Shown: positions 45,848-60,000, counted from the stretch's first letter. The stretch: DNA of 64,000 nt from Octopus vulgaris (GCA_951406725.2 OX597832.1:69998001-70062000); one strand, 5' to 3'. Notes: a model not told the origin generated them from the letters alone. Made by a program: numbers and translations.

Positions 45848-46329
45848 AGATACATACAACGGTATACACAAACACATACATATATACATGCATGTATGTG
45901 TATGTGTTTGTGTGTGTATGAACACACACTCCTTCATATGTAATATCAACTACTTAATGCTGTCTAGTTCAGTTTTTTTATGTTTACATCGGTATATTAA
46001 AATTATAAAACCATACTCGTTATTGCATAAAGATATTTACATATACAGACGTATGAAGATTTACAAGGCGCTATGGCTAGATATTTATGTCGATACGCGT
46101 GTATAATTAGGCTTGGTATTACATATTTCAATATACACAGCAAAAGATATCTCAAATTCTGTGAAAGTTTTTACACACAAAAACTTTATTTGTTCCCCAT
46201 TTTTTGGTGTGTGTCAATGGATATATATATTGAAGATATACGGAAATAAAGTTAAAGATATTCACACACACCGAAACGCTTGCACCACATATATACATAC
46301 ACCAAACACACACACACATACGTGTGTGC

Positions 46330-47012
46330 TGTAGTGAAAATGGTACACTCCTTGCCATGTGACAAAATGGTATGAGGGCCAGTATAAAATCCGACAGTCG
46401 GTCGTTGTAGGAGGGCAGTAGTAATAGGGTTGTTGTATCAATTCTCAGTTGGAGTCAATGTCAGTTACTTGTTGCATACGAGTTCGAGTTACCGTCAATG
46501 TAGACGTTTCAAAGTCATTGTCTTGCGGAGCTGTCGGCGATAGCACGATAGACGAGTCAAAGATAATAAGACGCTGTATAGCGCCACAACATATTACTGG
46601 CGACATGAATATTAGTGCCGACAACAGCATACAAGTGCACGAGGATCCGCATTACAATAGTGGCGACGAGGATATAAACACTTCACGTAGCCGACGTTGA
46701 AAAAGAAAACAATTCATTTCACGAGAAAATAAAAAATTCACGCGGATGACGTTGAAAAGTTTTCACGTGGAGAAATTAAAAACTTGACAGAGGAGTAACA
46801 AAATATTTTTGCTGTATTTACTTTAGAAAAATCCGTAAAACTATGAAAAACTTGTTGGATGGTTTAGTTGAGTTGCAGAAACAGTAACAACAGCAACAAC
46901 TCAAATAACAACAAGAACAACAACTAACGTTACGGCAACAAATGTCACAACTAATGAAGTAGGTAACAAAACTGGAAAATACGTTTTCGCCAAACCATAT
47001 AGCTCATGCCAT
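46330..47012 (+). mobile_element. Gypsy (Mag-like) LTR retrotransposon 5' end: LTR 46330-46656, PBS 46661-46673, decayed gag start at 46843
   Basis: TGTAGTG...CATTACA termini, TATAAAA inside the LTR, PBS TGGCGACGAGGAT complementary to the tRNA-Ser(GCT) 3' end, Q-rich gag N-terminus MKNLLDGLVELQKQ*QQQQ...FSPNHIAHAI. Confidence 0.75.
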
Positions 47013-47152
47013 AAGGCGGAGATAATGATAATAAAGGAACTGAAAATTATTTAAGAATGATCCCTGGCTTGCCATCCATGCAGGAAGTGCAAAAGATTAT
47101 CTTAATTGGTAAGATTATCTTAATTGGTAAGTACTGAGAAGATCGTTGTCGT
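47012..47152 (+). mobile_element. Second copy of the Helentron end + TAA + Dong 3' fragment junction
   Basis: Colinear with 28412-28545 (offset 18600); contains an 18-bp tandem duplication aagattatcttaattggt. Confidence 0.75.
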
Positions 47153-47388
47153 GACACGGGGCAACAAATATACGAAGCCCATTATTCATTTGTAGTTGTT
47201 TTATTTTTTACATGTTTATTTAATCATTTATATTTTCTAACTTTTCTCCTCATTTGGACTTACCACTGTGAGAATTCCTTGCGCCAATGTCAACTTCATG
47301 GAGGTAATTTCAGCCTGATGACTATCTACGTTGACGAGAGTTCATTGCACAATACTTGCATAACGAGCTTCATCTACTCAAGGAACAT

Positions 47389-47436
<48 letters not shown>

Positions 47437-47698
47437 ATGTATGTATAAATGTATAAATGTATGTATGTACATACGTAGAGAGGGAAAATGGGGAGGCAAA
47501 CAGAGACTGAGAGATAAACAGATTTCGATCTAGATATATGTAGTACATAGGAACATACGTTCAGATTGAAAAGCAGAAAATTTTTGTCAATATTTGTACA
47601 TAAAATACGCATGCACGAATATAAGTCTATATAGCATGTGTGTGAATGTATTCTGATCTGCACACACACACATACGTGTTTACGTATATATGTATATA

Positions 47699-47755
<57 letters not shown>

Positions 47756-47852
47756 TTATACTCATACACAGAGAAAGAGATAAACTGAAAGACAGACAGA
47801 CAGATAGAAAGATATACAAATGTTCCAATTACTTGTAGAATATCAAAGTGTG

Positions 47853-47887
<35 letters not shown>

Positions 47888-48589
47888 ATCTATTTGCATG
47901 TGCGTGTCTATCTGTATTTATGTGAGCGTGTATGTTTTATTTGTATGCACACATATATTTAAGTGTGTATACGTGTGCATGGGTATTTATGCTTCCACAT
48001 ATATAGAATATGTATCTCCATGTTTAGACTACGACCGATACATTTTGGTGTCTCGACTCTCGCTCAATATATTATTGTTATTGTTGTTGCAGTTGTTATT
48101 GTAGATGGATACTTTTATTTATGTTTCTTGTTTCAGCTCCATTTCATTTTATTTTAACACCTCACATCTAATCACTTGTGACATATTAAGAGCTCCAGAT
48201 CATTGTACACACACACACATACCCACGTATAAATATATGTGAATGTACATATGTGAGTATATGTATATATATATATTTTCTATATACATACATATGTATG
48301 TATGCGTGTTTGTGTGTATATATGTGTGCATGTAAGCATTTACGTATGTAGGTTTATATGTATGTATATATGCATGTATGTATGTTTTTTCAGAGCGTTT
48401 GAATTTATATTTATGTATTAAGATGTCTGATAGCACTGATTCTTTCTGGCTGACGCCTGATTTCCGTGATACGGGTTTCAGAGATATTTTAAAGGTATCT
48501 CTCCATTTAAACTTCATATTCAATATCCAGCTACTCACTTTGAGACATTAGCATTCATACACAAATTTGCACATATTATCACAAACGCA

Positions 48590-48691
48590 AGCATAAATGT
48601 GTATACATGTATATACATGTATATACATGTATATACATGTATATACATAAATGTGTATACATGTGTGCGTGTGCAGGTGTATATGTGTATA

Positions 48692-48779
<88 letters not shown>

Positions 48780-49074
48780 TAGATATAGATATATATATAG
48801 ATTGGTAGATAGATTGATAGATCGATAAATAGATAGATAGATATAGATATAGATATATATATAGATAGGTAGATAAATTGATGTATAGATAGATAGATAT
48901 GCATATATATATATACATGTATATATACATACATATATACGTAGATATATATATCTTTCTCTTTCTCTCTCTCCCTATATATATATATATATATATACAC
49001 TTGTTGTATATTGTATATGTAAGATATAATATATGTGAAATATATGTTATATATTTTAAGCATAAATTACATTA

Positions 49075-49119
<45 letters not shown>

Positions 49120-49184
49120 TTCAATATTGCACATATATATGTACATACATATATAAATATAACTATATATATATGTATATATAC

Positions 49185-49241
<57 letters not shown>

Positions 49242-49290
49242 AACATACATATATATGTAATACATATATGTATATATGTATACACACTAT
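48590..49290. repeat. (ATGTATATAC)n minisatellite, (TA)n and (GATA)n
   Basis: Directly visible. Confidence 0.9.
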
Positions 49291-50280
49291 CGTACGTGCT
49301 ACTATATGTGTATTTGTGTCTGTGTCTGTGTCTGTGTATGTATGCGTGACTGTATGAATATGTTTATGTGGTAGTATTTACGTGCTTGGCTTGCAGGCAA
49401 AGATGTTTGTGTGATTACAGCTTTGTGTTGAATAATTCATATTGATTTTATCACTGGTAAACCTTCCAAAAGGTATCATTGTATACACTATTATAAACTC
49501 ATACAAACACACACACATGTATACACACATATACACACACATAGACACACACATAACAAATTAGAACCTATATTATACACACGTGGTATGCAACCCCTCA
49601 CAAGCACGCACACAAACATACAAACTACACACGCGTGGAGAGACGCTATGTCACATTAAAATGTGTTTATATTCAATACTAAAATCCTGTGGTTTTTAAA
49701 ATAAGTATGGCGTTTTAAGCAAACTTCTGAAAATTGTTTTTCCGGTGTAAGCTCTTTGTTTAGTTTACTTGGTGAGTCCATGATCTACCTTGCATTACGA
49801 ATTTTCACCATCCGTTGTACAGTTCCCTCATGCTTGCGTGCGTGTTTATCTGTTTCTGTGTATGTATGTATGTGTGTGTGCGTGTGTGTGTGTGTATACG
49901 CGCATGCGTGCGTCTATATATATATTTTTATTCTGATGTGTTTAAAATTTTAGCTGAAGATGGTTGAAGATATATTATGATGTTCCCTTTCACAACTACA
50001 TTTATTAAATTTCTACCGGAACAGTTGTTGTACATTTTAAAAGTCCATTTGGTTTTACTTGTTTATACCACATCGAGGGTCCACTCATGAAGAGGCTCCA
50101 TGGTTACAAATGGCATTTGTTACATGCATATAACTACGGAATCTTGCCAAAACTCGAAGTCACGTACGTTGTTTTCTTTCCCTGTGAGTTTTATGCATTT
50201 CTACTTAGCCATTTTGTGACATCTTACAAATTGAGGTGACATGATTCTTAAGAGCCCCTTGTACGTAACTTATGTGTGTA

Positions 50281-50343
<63 letters not shown>

Positions 50344-50409
50344 GCGCGTGTGTGTGCTTAATATAAATACATATATAGAATTGATGCGTCAAGTCAGTCC
50401 GGTATTAGC

Positions 50410-51185
50410 CGCACAGCTCGAAGTAAAATCAAACCGAGAGCACTATACTAGCAGTGCAGGATCAAGCTGTGTCCACGAGCTGGAGGGTCAACATGAGGAA
50501 TGAGCAAGTGTCTCCTGTGTGCCGCATCAGGATTAGAGTGGATGAAACTATTTCCCATATCACGAACGAATGTCCAAAACCATTACAAGTTGTCGTGATA
50601 CGACAAAGTAGCGAAAGTGATCGCTTAGAAACTGTGTGAATAGTGGGGGTACTAGACAGAGGCAAAACGTGGTATGAGCACAAACCGTAGAGTGTGGCAG
50701 AGTCGGAGACTAGCGAAAGCCTCTGGGATTTCCCAATCCAAACAGATCAGGTGCTAGAGCATAACAGACTGGTTCTAGTGGTGGTGGTGGTGGATAACTT
50801 GCACCACATATGTTATATAGTTGGTGTTGCTTGCCCCTTTGATCCATGAATAGTTAAGAAGGAAGGTGAAAAGATAGATAAATACAACCCTCTTAAGTAC
50901 GAAATAGCCTGGCTATGGGAAATGAAGAAGATGAAGATAGTGCCAATTATTGCTGGGCCCTTGGGAACAGTACGAGAAGGCATCAAGAAAAATATGAAGG
51001 AAATTGGAATAGAGCGCCTAATAGAACTGTTGCAAAAGGTTTGCCTCCTTGGCACAGCCAGAATAATAAGGAAAGTATTAGAGAGCTGAAAAAACGGATA
51101 GCATGGTACCGTAAGGCTGAATGTAGGAAGCCCTCAACGCATGCAAAACACCAGGAGCTCGAAGAAAACCTGTGATAAACAGGAA
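50410..51185 (+). mobile_element. R4/Dong LINE 3' fragment, same subfamily as copy D
   Basis: ETISHITNECP, LWDFPIQTD, KIDKYNPLKYEIA; nucleotide similarity to 33930-34647. Confidence 0.85.
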
Positions 51186-51199
51186 ATAATTATAAATCA

Positions 51200-51415
51200 T
51201 TTTTACCATAGGATGCAAGGCCTAAAATTCGAGGGGAGGAAGACACTCGATTACATCGACCCCAGCCCTCAACTGGTCCTTATTTCATCGACTCCGAAAG
51301 GATGAAAGACAAAGTCGTCAACCTTGGCGGAATATGAGGTGAGTATTGTAAGAGCCGGAAGAAATGCCACCGCTAAGCATTTTATCTGATGCCTTACGAT
51401 TCTGCCAGTTCGCTG
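51200..51415 (-). mobile_element. SINE (same family as 53338-53542)
   Basis: Reverse complement starts cagcgaactggcagaatcg...aaatgcttagcggt. Confidence 0.7.
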
Positions 51416-53337
51416 TATTTGATGATTGTAATTTGAGCTGTAGGCCAGCAATCTTGAAGGGAGGTGGCGTGTGTTAATCGTCAATGCTTTAAACTGCAGT
51501 GCTTGATTTCATTTTATTCACCCCGAATGTATATATGGCATAGCTGATCCCGGTGCGATCTGAACTCAGAAGAAAAAGAAACGAAACAAAATATCGTGCT
51601 TACATTTTCCCGACACCGTATCAAATCTAGCAGTTAATAATATCAATTTTGCAAATATGATAAAAATGCTTATTTCCTGAAAAATATCTTATCAAAAAGC
51701 TGCATAAACATGAAATGAATTCATATATAACTCTATAATGAAATATATGGATGGTTAGAAGGAAAAGACACGAGACAATTATATCAGGCGATAGAGATAG
51801 AACTATGTATGTACATATATTAAATATATGTATCTTCTCTTGCCTCTTATTTTCTGTGATGCTTATGTTATCACTCCAGTTATTTTATTGTCATGCGAGC
51901 TTGCTCCAGAAAGGACATATTGCGCATAAGTTGTATATTGAATTTAATATGTATAACATGAGGTTATTTTCTAATGTGTTATGGTTTTAGCCATAAATAT
52001 ACTTCATTGAACATACATAATCATCGCTAAATGGATACAAAAGCTTCTCTATACATATGCGAGAAAATGATTACTCAATGCAGAAGAAACAACAATATGT
52101 ACGTGTATGTATGTGTATATACATGTATATGTGTGTTCGTATGTGTATGTATTTATGTATATATACATATATTTACAGATATACTTACACACATAATGTA
52201 TATAATACATACGAATGTTTGTACATGTATATGAATGGTATATAAACATACATACACACTAGTAGATAAGCAAACGAAAACTGGAACCGTTAAAAAGAAG
52301 CAGCACAGGACAAGTCTATATCCTCAGATGTACACTACGGTGTGAAGTGAAATTAACGAAAGCATTAAATAGTTTCAGACCATGTGACCATATGGTAATA
52401 ACCGGGTTATCGTTCCACGTGCTACCATAGGTCATTCTATTATCAAATCTTTATGATCGCAGACGACCTGGTTTCAATATAGCTATATGTTGCCTGTTTT
52501 AACACAAGTGGCATATACTGGATTGTATTGCTGTTGATGCTTAAAGAAGGAGCGACATGACTTGAACTGACCAATGGAGGGCAGCATTTTCTCACCAAGA
52601 AATCGTGTTACTATTTGTTTGAACTTTCTTAGATGCGATCTGTATTTCTGTATTTCTGTGAATTGAGAAGCATTCTACGAAACATTAATTAGAGTGAACC
52701 TGTTTACATATACCCCAGAGGACCTCCAAAAAACTAGAACGCATCAATGAGATTTATTCTAGCCTAAGCAATATCAAAATATAAAATCACCATAAACATG
52801 TTCAACTTTAAGAGAATGGAGAGCAACTCAGAATAACAAGACTCCGATGATATAAAAGATTCACAAGCAAACATATCAAACATACGTTGACATCTTCAGC
52901 TACCCAGCAGATATCACTGATATTTCTGCACCGGGGCAGTACCATTCAATCCAGTGGTGTAAACAGCTTCAATAACGAAAACAAAACAAAAAAATAACCT
53001 ACCTAAGAATCAATAAATAAGCAGAAGGGGCGAAACATTAGCGTAATACGCCCCTTACACCAACACCCGGTTATTGTTATAAATGACAACATTGAATATA
53101 AAATGACTTATTGCCACAAAGTTAGAAATTTAAAGAAAAACATAACAGTATCAATAAGATGAAGAAAGTCCTCTCACGAGAGACATTGTGTTTGAAATAC
53201 ATATTAGGATAAAATAGAATTAACGAACTAAACGTATAGATCAAAACCTACTGAACCACCACCAATACATGTAAAATGATAACAACACTAGAAACAACAA
53301 ACATACGACTTCAAACATGTACATTGACTAACTATAT

Positions 53338-53542
53338 GGCGGCGAGCTGGCAGAATCGCTGGGCGAAATGCTTAGCGGTATTTCGTCTGCCGCTACGTTC
53401 TGAGTTCAAATTCCGCCGAGTTCAATTTTGTCTGTAATCCTTTGGGATCGATAAATTAAGTATCAGTTGCACACTGGAGTCGGGCCAATCGACAGGCTCC
53501 CTCACCAAAAATTTCGCGCCTTGTGCTTAGAGCAGAAAAGAA
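53338..53542 (+). mobile_element. tRNA-derived SINE
   Basis: ggcggcgagctggcagaatcg (A box), gagttcaaattcc (B box), A-rich end. Confidence 0.75.
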
Positions 53543-53817
53543 ATTAATTAACGAATATAGATAAATAGCAGAAAGAAAAACCATAATGAACACAATTAGT
53601 CTTCCTAACCTTTCTTCCTTTTCGTGTTTATGTATATACACTTGCACTCACGCACGCGCGCGCACACAAACACACGCACACATATACAAACACTCATATA
53701 TCTCTATAAAGATGCCAATAACCTGCTGTTAGAACACAATACACATATGTTTTAGAATAAAGCGTTAATCAAGTACAGAAGGTAATAAGAACTGACGACG
53801 AGGGAGCATTGGCTTAA

Positions 53818-54570
53818 AGGTGTTTCTGCTATAGGAAGCTGCACACTCAGAGCTCATTGCTGGTGTATTACCTTATATCTTGCTCAGAACTTTTAAAATG
53901 AAGTGTATCGTTATTTGGTAAAGCTTTTAAATGCATGCCAAAGGTCATTATCGAAATGATAAAAAATATATACCTAAGAAATAGTGTGCAGTGTTTGAAG
54001 AAGAGAAGCCATTTCCAGGAATATGCAGATTTAAATAATCCTATGCATTTATACAGGCGCAAAATGAATACACACACATACACTCACGCGCGCGCGCGCA
54101 AACACACATATACACACTCACAAGCATATACACGTGCATACACACAAACGCGCTCACATACGTGTAACCACACATGTAGAGACATATGTATAAGTAATAT
54201 GTATTTTATTACACGGTTAAACAGGTACATGTGAGTCACCGTCAAAACTCCTATGAAGACACATAGAAAAGGAAAGTATCTAAAATGTTGATAAATAAAA
54301 TTCTGCTTTCTACTTTATATGTGATGGCCTTCAGTTTGTGCCTCCGTAAATACGTAAGATTATCTAAATCTGCATATTTCTGAGATTGGCTTCTCTCATT
54401 CAAATTTTACACACATTATTTGTATTATTAACATTTCGAATGTAAACATTTCCTTGAATTGAAATGCTTTCCCAAATATAAATGCACTTCATTTAAAAGG
54501 CTCCAATTTAATGTGATGCGCAAACACTCCGCTCCGAGGGTAACTGCTTCTTATTACAGGAACAGGTGAA
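53818..54570. mobile_element. Old foldback element or MITE with ~250-bp diverged inverted arms (53818-54068 / 54330-54570)
   Basis: For example gagaagccatttccaggaatatgcagatttaaataatc vs the reverse complement of gattatctaaatctgcatatttctgagattggcttctc; left end TTAA|AGG. Confidence 0.7.
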
Positions 54571-54659
54571 GAGATTACGTAATTTCTGTTCCTTGCCATT
54601 CCGTAAACACACACACACTCACACACGCACACATATATACAAATGTGTATGGGTAAGAG

Positions 54660-54714
54660 CAAAGAGAGAGAGAGGGGGGGAGATAGAGAGCTGCATAGAT
54701 AGAGAGATAGAGAG

Positions 54715-54761
<47 letters not shown>

Positions 54762-54849
54762 GATCTATGTTTAGATAAACAGGGAGACAGACAGAAGACA
54801 GATAGATAGGCAGACAGACAGGTAGATGGAAAGACAGGCAAATAGGCAA

Positions 54850-54931
<82 letters not shown>
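54660..54931. repeat. (GA)n, (GAAA)n and (GATA)n microsatellites
   Basis: Directly visible. Confidence 0.9.
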
Positions 54932-55631
54932 CGCTATAAAATAACGAAGCAGTATTACAGTTATATTACTGAGCGTGCAAGAAATTTTGTTTTCACAGCA
55001 AATTATACAGCAGCTTTGGTGACTGGAATGCTTTCGGTATCGAATACATCGTTCAGTTTTCTTCAATTGTCTTCCCGACCAAATCCATCTATTCTATTTC
55101 TCTCTGCCTCTTTGTAAGTATCTCGGAAGTTAAATCAATAACATATATGTATTTATTCTTAGAAGCAAACGAAGACGTTTTTTTCATCTAAATAAATAAA
55201 CTTGTCACTCTGATAATTTAAAAGGTTGCATAACTGAGAATTATTTGAAATTTTTAGAAAGCATTGTTACATTTTTCGTTGAAAGCACATCGTTAGTGTA
55301 CCGTCGAGACGAATTGACAATCATTACATGGTTTATGACACATCATTCCAGTCTCTTCAGAGAATTAGTAATATCGTAGAAACGTATGAAATTATTTAAG
55401 ACATAGACCTCGAAAAAGATATTAACAATATTTCTTGTAATAATTAAACGTGACAGGGTCTGTGCAAGTTGTTTCGGTTATATATTTTTTAGTGCAGTGT
55501 TTTGAATGAAGCTAGATTTCGAATTCAAAACTAGATTTGGGAAAAGAGTTGTACATATCTATTAATATATATCTGTGAGTGCGTGTGCATGTGTGCGTAT
55601 GTGCGAGCACGTGTGTAAATTAGGTTAATAG

Positions 55632-55671
<40 letters not shown>

Positions 55672-55672
<1 letters not shown>

Positions 55673-56052
55673 ATGCACAATGGCCCAGTGGTTAGGGCAG
55701 CGGACTGGCAGTCGTATGATGGCGATTTCGATTCCCAGACCGGGCGTTGTGAGAGTTTATTGAGTGAAAACATCTAAAGCTCTACGAGACTCCGGTTGGA
55801 AGTAGTGACAAACTCTACTGTACTGTTTCACCACAACTTTCTCTCTCTCTCTTTCTTCCTGTTTCCGTTGTACTTGTATTTCAAAGGGCCAGACTTGTAA
55901 CTTTCTGTATCACGCTGAATCTCCCCAAGATCTGTGTTAAGGGTAGACATGTCTGTGGAGTGCTCAGCCACTTTTACGTTAATTTCAAGAGCAGGATCTT
56001 CCGTTGATCGGATCAACTTGAACTCACGTCGTCGTAACCGACGGAATGCCAC
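55672..56052 (+). mobile_element. Full-length tRNA-derived SINE (OK-like)
   Basis: tggcccagtggttagggcagcgg (A box), gatttcgattccc (B box); matches 5535-5700. Confidence 0.8.
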
Positions 56053-56078
56053 GATGTATGTATATATATATACATATA

Positions 56079-56563
56079 CAGGGTGGGTGGAAAGTAACTA
56101 GGTATTAGAAATTGCTTATAGAATTTTTCGTATCACTGAAGTACAAGAAATTATATTGTTCTCACAGACAACACTAATGGGGATTTAAAAATTTTTTTAT
56201 TGTCCTATTTCTTATATTATACTTCCTACATGACCGGCCGGTTGACTGTTCAGGAGCTAGGCAGGCTAGCAGAATGCTATGAAGTGTGAATTTCCATTGT
56301 TTTTATTCAAAGATGAGGGCGTGCATTGAACGGAGACAATTAAAAGTTGTAATGCAAAGCTGATGAGCACGGGCTCTGTGAACGTTGCAAGAAGAAATGG
56401 CCGTCCAAGCACATCTCGATCAGCGGAGAACGGTGCAAGAAATGTTATAAGCGTAACCCGCAAAAATCAACAAGTAGCTCTAGAAAGTGGACTAACAAGA
56501 CAAACAATGCACACGGTGTTACATAAAGAAGTAAATATTCGCCCATTGAAACACCATTACTAG
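56079..56563 (+). mobile_element. Tc1/mariner 5' fragment
   Basis: TA|CAGGGTG terminus; TGSVNVARRNGRPSTSRSAEN DNA-binding linker motif. Confidence 0.65.
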
Positions 56564-56797
56564 CGGTGGATGCTACTGTAGCTTGTAGCCCCGGGAGGAA
56601 ACCTTCTCCAGCTGGCTATTGAAACACTCTCTGTGCCCTATCAGTATTTGCAAAAGGGAGCCATCCTTCCCGTCTCCAACCTATGATACACACGAACTCG
56701 AGCTTCTGGGAATTGTTGTAGCTACTGTTTATACCTAGCTCAGAAATTTATTGTTGCTATATCAATATATATATATATATATCAATATATATGTATA

Positions 56798-56835
<38 letters not shown>

Positions 56836-57033
56836 GATATCTGTAAGTACATCCCGAATTCTAGAAAAATCATACACACAGTTTTTTCTAGAAAACCCAT
56901 ACACACAGTTTTATATATCAGCACGCACCGCACACAAATATATACACAAAGCGAATTTAAATCATACTTTCTTCTTCTCCAACCATTGTATCCTTACATC
57001 TTTTGATTGTACATATAACTGTATTTTTTGTAT

Positions 57034-60000
57034 GGCAGGTCACTTTCGAGTGCTACTGGTAACATGTAACCCATAACAACCTGTTGCATGGTCGGCTCGT
57101 CGGCGACTAAACCGGTAACCCCACCAAGCTTACTTGGTGAGGAGGGTGTTTATTGGACACCCTGCGGGATGAAAAACAAAACCCATTAAAGAGCGAAGGA
57201 ACTCTTGAGTGTCAACGGCCATCCAATAAATGTGTTTTTTTTTCTTCTTAAAGATTAAGGCTGTATCATGCGCGGGGACATAGAAATAATCGGACTGAAT
57301 ACCCGATCGCGCGGTTAAACTATTGGGAGTCAAGGACTCCTAACCTTTGTTAGGGCATCCTTCTAGGAGAAGGTAACTCAGGTAACTGGGATAACTCCGA
57401 CATAAAACCTGCGGGTCAGTGGTTACCGATGATGTTGGCTTGTTCTTCTTTTCGGATTATGGCTGCTGTTGCTTAGTGTGTGGGATTGACTCAGTGCACA
57501 GCCTCTCCTTACTTTAAAAAAAATCTTTTTGCACAGGTATTGCACGATAACTACATTGGATTGATTAAAGTGATTAAATAATTCATGACTGTTGATAGTG
57601 CTGTGAGTCTCAACTGAATGGCTGGCTGTAGCCTTAAAAAGCAAAAATCAATGATGTACCAAAACAGTATAAAAATAAATGGCAGTAAGGACTCTGGAAC
57701 CACATCGGCTGAAAGAGTCTGGCCCGGCAGGGGCTCCAGAGCATCACAATCTGAACCCAGCCGTCATCATGCTACTATGATAAAACCAAAGAAAATAATG
57801 AATATTGGCTGTTGAAATGTACGGACACTGCTTGAACACAAGTCCTCTGAATGTCCTGAAAGAAGGACTGCGCTTGTTGCGAAGGAGCTTCAACGCTATG
57901 ATCTTGACATCGTTGCTTTTATCTGAGACGAGATTACCTGGAGATGGTCATCTTACAGTATCTTGTGGAAAATATACATTCTTTTGGAAAGGGAGAGATG
58001 AAGAGCTTAGAGGAGAAGCTGGAGTGGCATTTGCTGTTAAGAGTACTCTTGTGGACAAGTTGGAAGAATTCCCAATCGGGATTAACGAGCGTCTTATGTC
58101 CATGAGAATTCCTTTGGATAAAGGAAATTTTATGACCTTGGTAAGTGTGTATGCTCCAACTATGTGCTATACTGATGACGAAAAACTTTCTTTCTACCAT
58201 GCTTTGAAGGGTATTATAAGAAATATCCCTCGGGCAGACAAAGTCATTGTACTTGGTGACTTTAATGCTAGAGTGAGTAGAGATTTTAACACATGGACTG
58301 TAATTGGAAAGCATGGGGTGGGGAAGTGTAATAGTAATGGCATGCTTTTGCTGCAGATGTGTGAGGAGCTGAGTCTGTGTGTTACCAATACCATGTTTCA
58401 ACAAAAGAATAAGCTTAAGACTACATGGATGCACCCTGCATCTAAAGAATGGCATATTCTGGATTACATCCTAGTTAGGGTGCGTGACAGACAGGATGTG
58501 CAGTGTGTTCGTGTTCTTCGTGGAGCTGAGTGTTGGACTGACCACCGCCTAGTACGTGCAAAAGTGAAATTAGTCACAAAACATAAAATCTGAACTGCAG
58601 GGATGACCCTGCCTAAAAGACTGAATGTTGATCGTCTTAGGTATAATAGTGTGAAGAGAACTTTACGAGAGGAAATGAATGCTGCTGATATTGGGGAGGA
58701 TTGGCCGACCCTTAAAAAGTCAGTTTATGATATAGGCAAAAAAGTTCTGGGATTGATACAAAGAAAGCATCAAGATTGGTTCAAAGAAAATGATGAACAT
58801 ATAGATGATTTATTGGCTGATAAAAGACGTACTTTGTCGCGCTATATGTCAGCAAAGTCACAAGAAAGGGAAGTATTGCATAAGGAACTCATGGACGTAA
58901 AATCACGTGTGAGGCAAAAGCTCTCTCAGATGAGGAGTACGTGGTGGAGTAAGAAGGCTGACGAGATACAGGCGGCATCAGATTCCAATAACACAAAGCT
59001 CTTGTATGGTCTCTTGCAAGAAGTTTATGGACCGACATCTTCCCTGATGACACCAATTCGAAGCAGGGATGGTAGAGAACTACTTCGTGATTCACAAGGA
59101 ATTCTGCAAAGGTGGCAAGAACACTTTGATGTACTTTTGAATCAGCAGTCTGTAGTTAGTGAGGATGTTCTCAATCTCATCCCTGGATTGCCTGTGAAGG
59201 CAGCACTCGCAGAACCACCAAAGTTGGAAGAAGTTGCAATGGCTGTCTCAAGGTTGAATAATGGGAAGTCTCCGGGTATGGATGGCATACATGCGGAGTT
59301 GTTACAGCATGGTGGTGAGAAAATTCTGCAGAAACTTCACTCTTTGTTTGGTAAGATATGGACTAGTGAATCTGTACCTGAGGACTGGAGAGATGCAGTA
59401 ATGGTGGTCCTGTCTAAGGGAAAGGGCAATAGGAATGATTGTGGTAATTATAGGGGAATATCATTGCTGTCTGCTGTAGGAAAGGTTTTATGCAGGATAC
59501 TTCTGGATCGTCTGCTGAAATACATTGCAGATTGTGTTCTTCCAGAAAGTCAATCTGGCTTTCGTGTGGGACGCGGCACTGCTGATATGATCTTTTCAGC
59601 TAGACAGCTTCAGGAAAAGTATGTGGAACAGGGTCTGGATTTGTATTAGGTTTTTTTTCGATCTGACAAAAGCCTTTGACACCGTCAATAGAAAAGCATT
59701 GTGGAAAGTCATCCAGAAACTTGGGTGTCATAAAAAGTTCCTTACTTTGGTTAGGTCTTTTCATGAAGACATGAATGGTAGAGTGAATATTAGAGGGAAG
59801 ATGTCGGAGCCCATTTCAATACAAAATGGAGTGAAACAGGGGGATATTCTGGCACCGACCCTATTTTCAATATATTTCGCGATGGTGTTCTGTATTGCAT
59901 TCAGAAACTGCAGATACGGTGTTTTCGTCCATTATCAAACCTCTGGCAGCATATTTAATATCAGGCGCCTTGCTGCAAAAACAAAGATACGAGGGACGTT

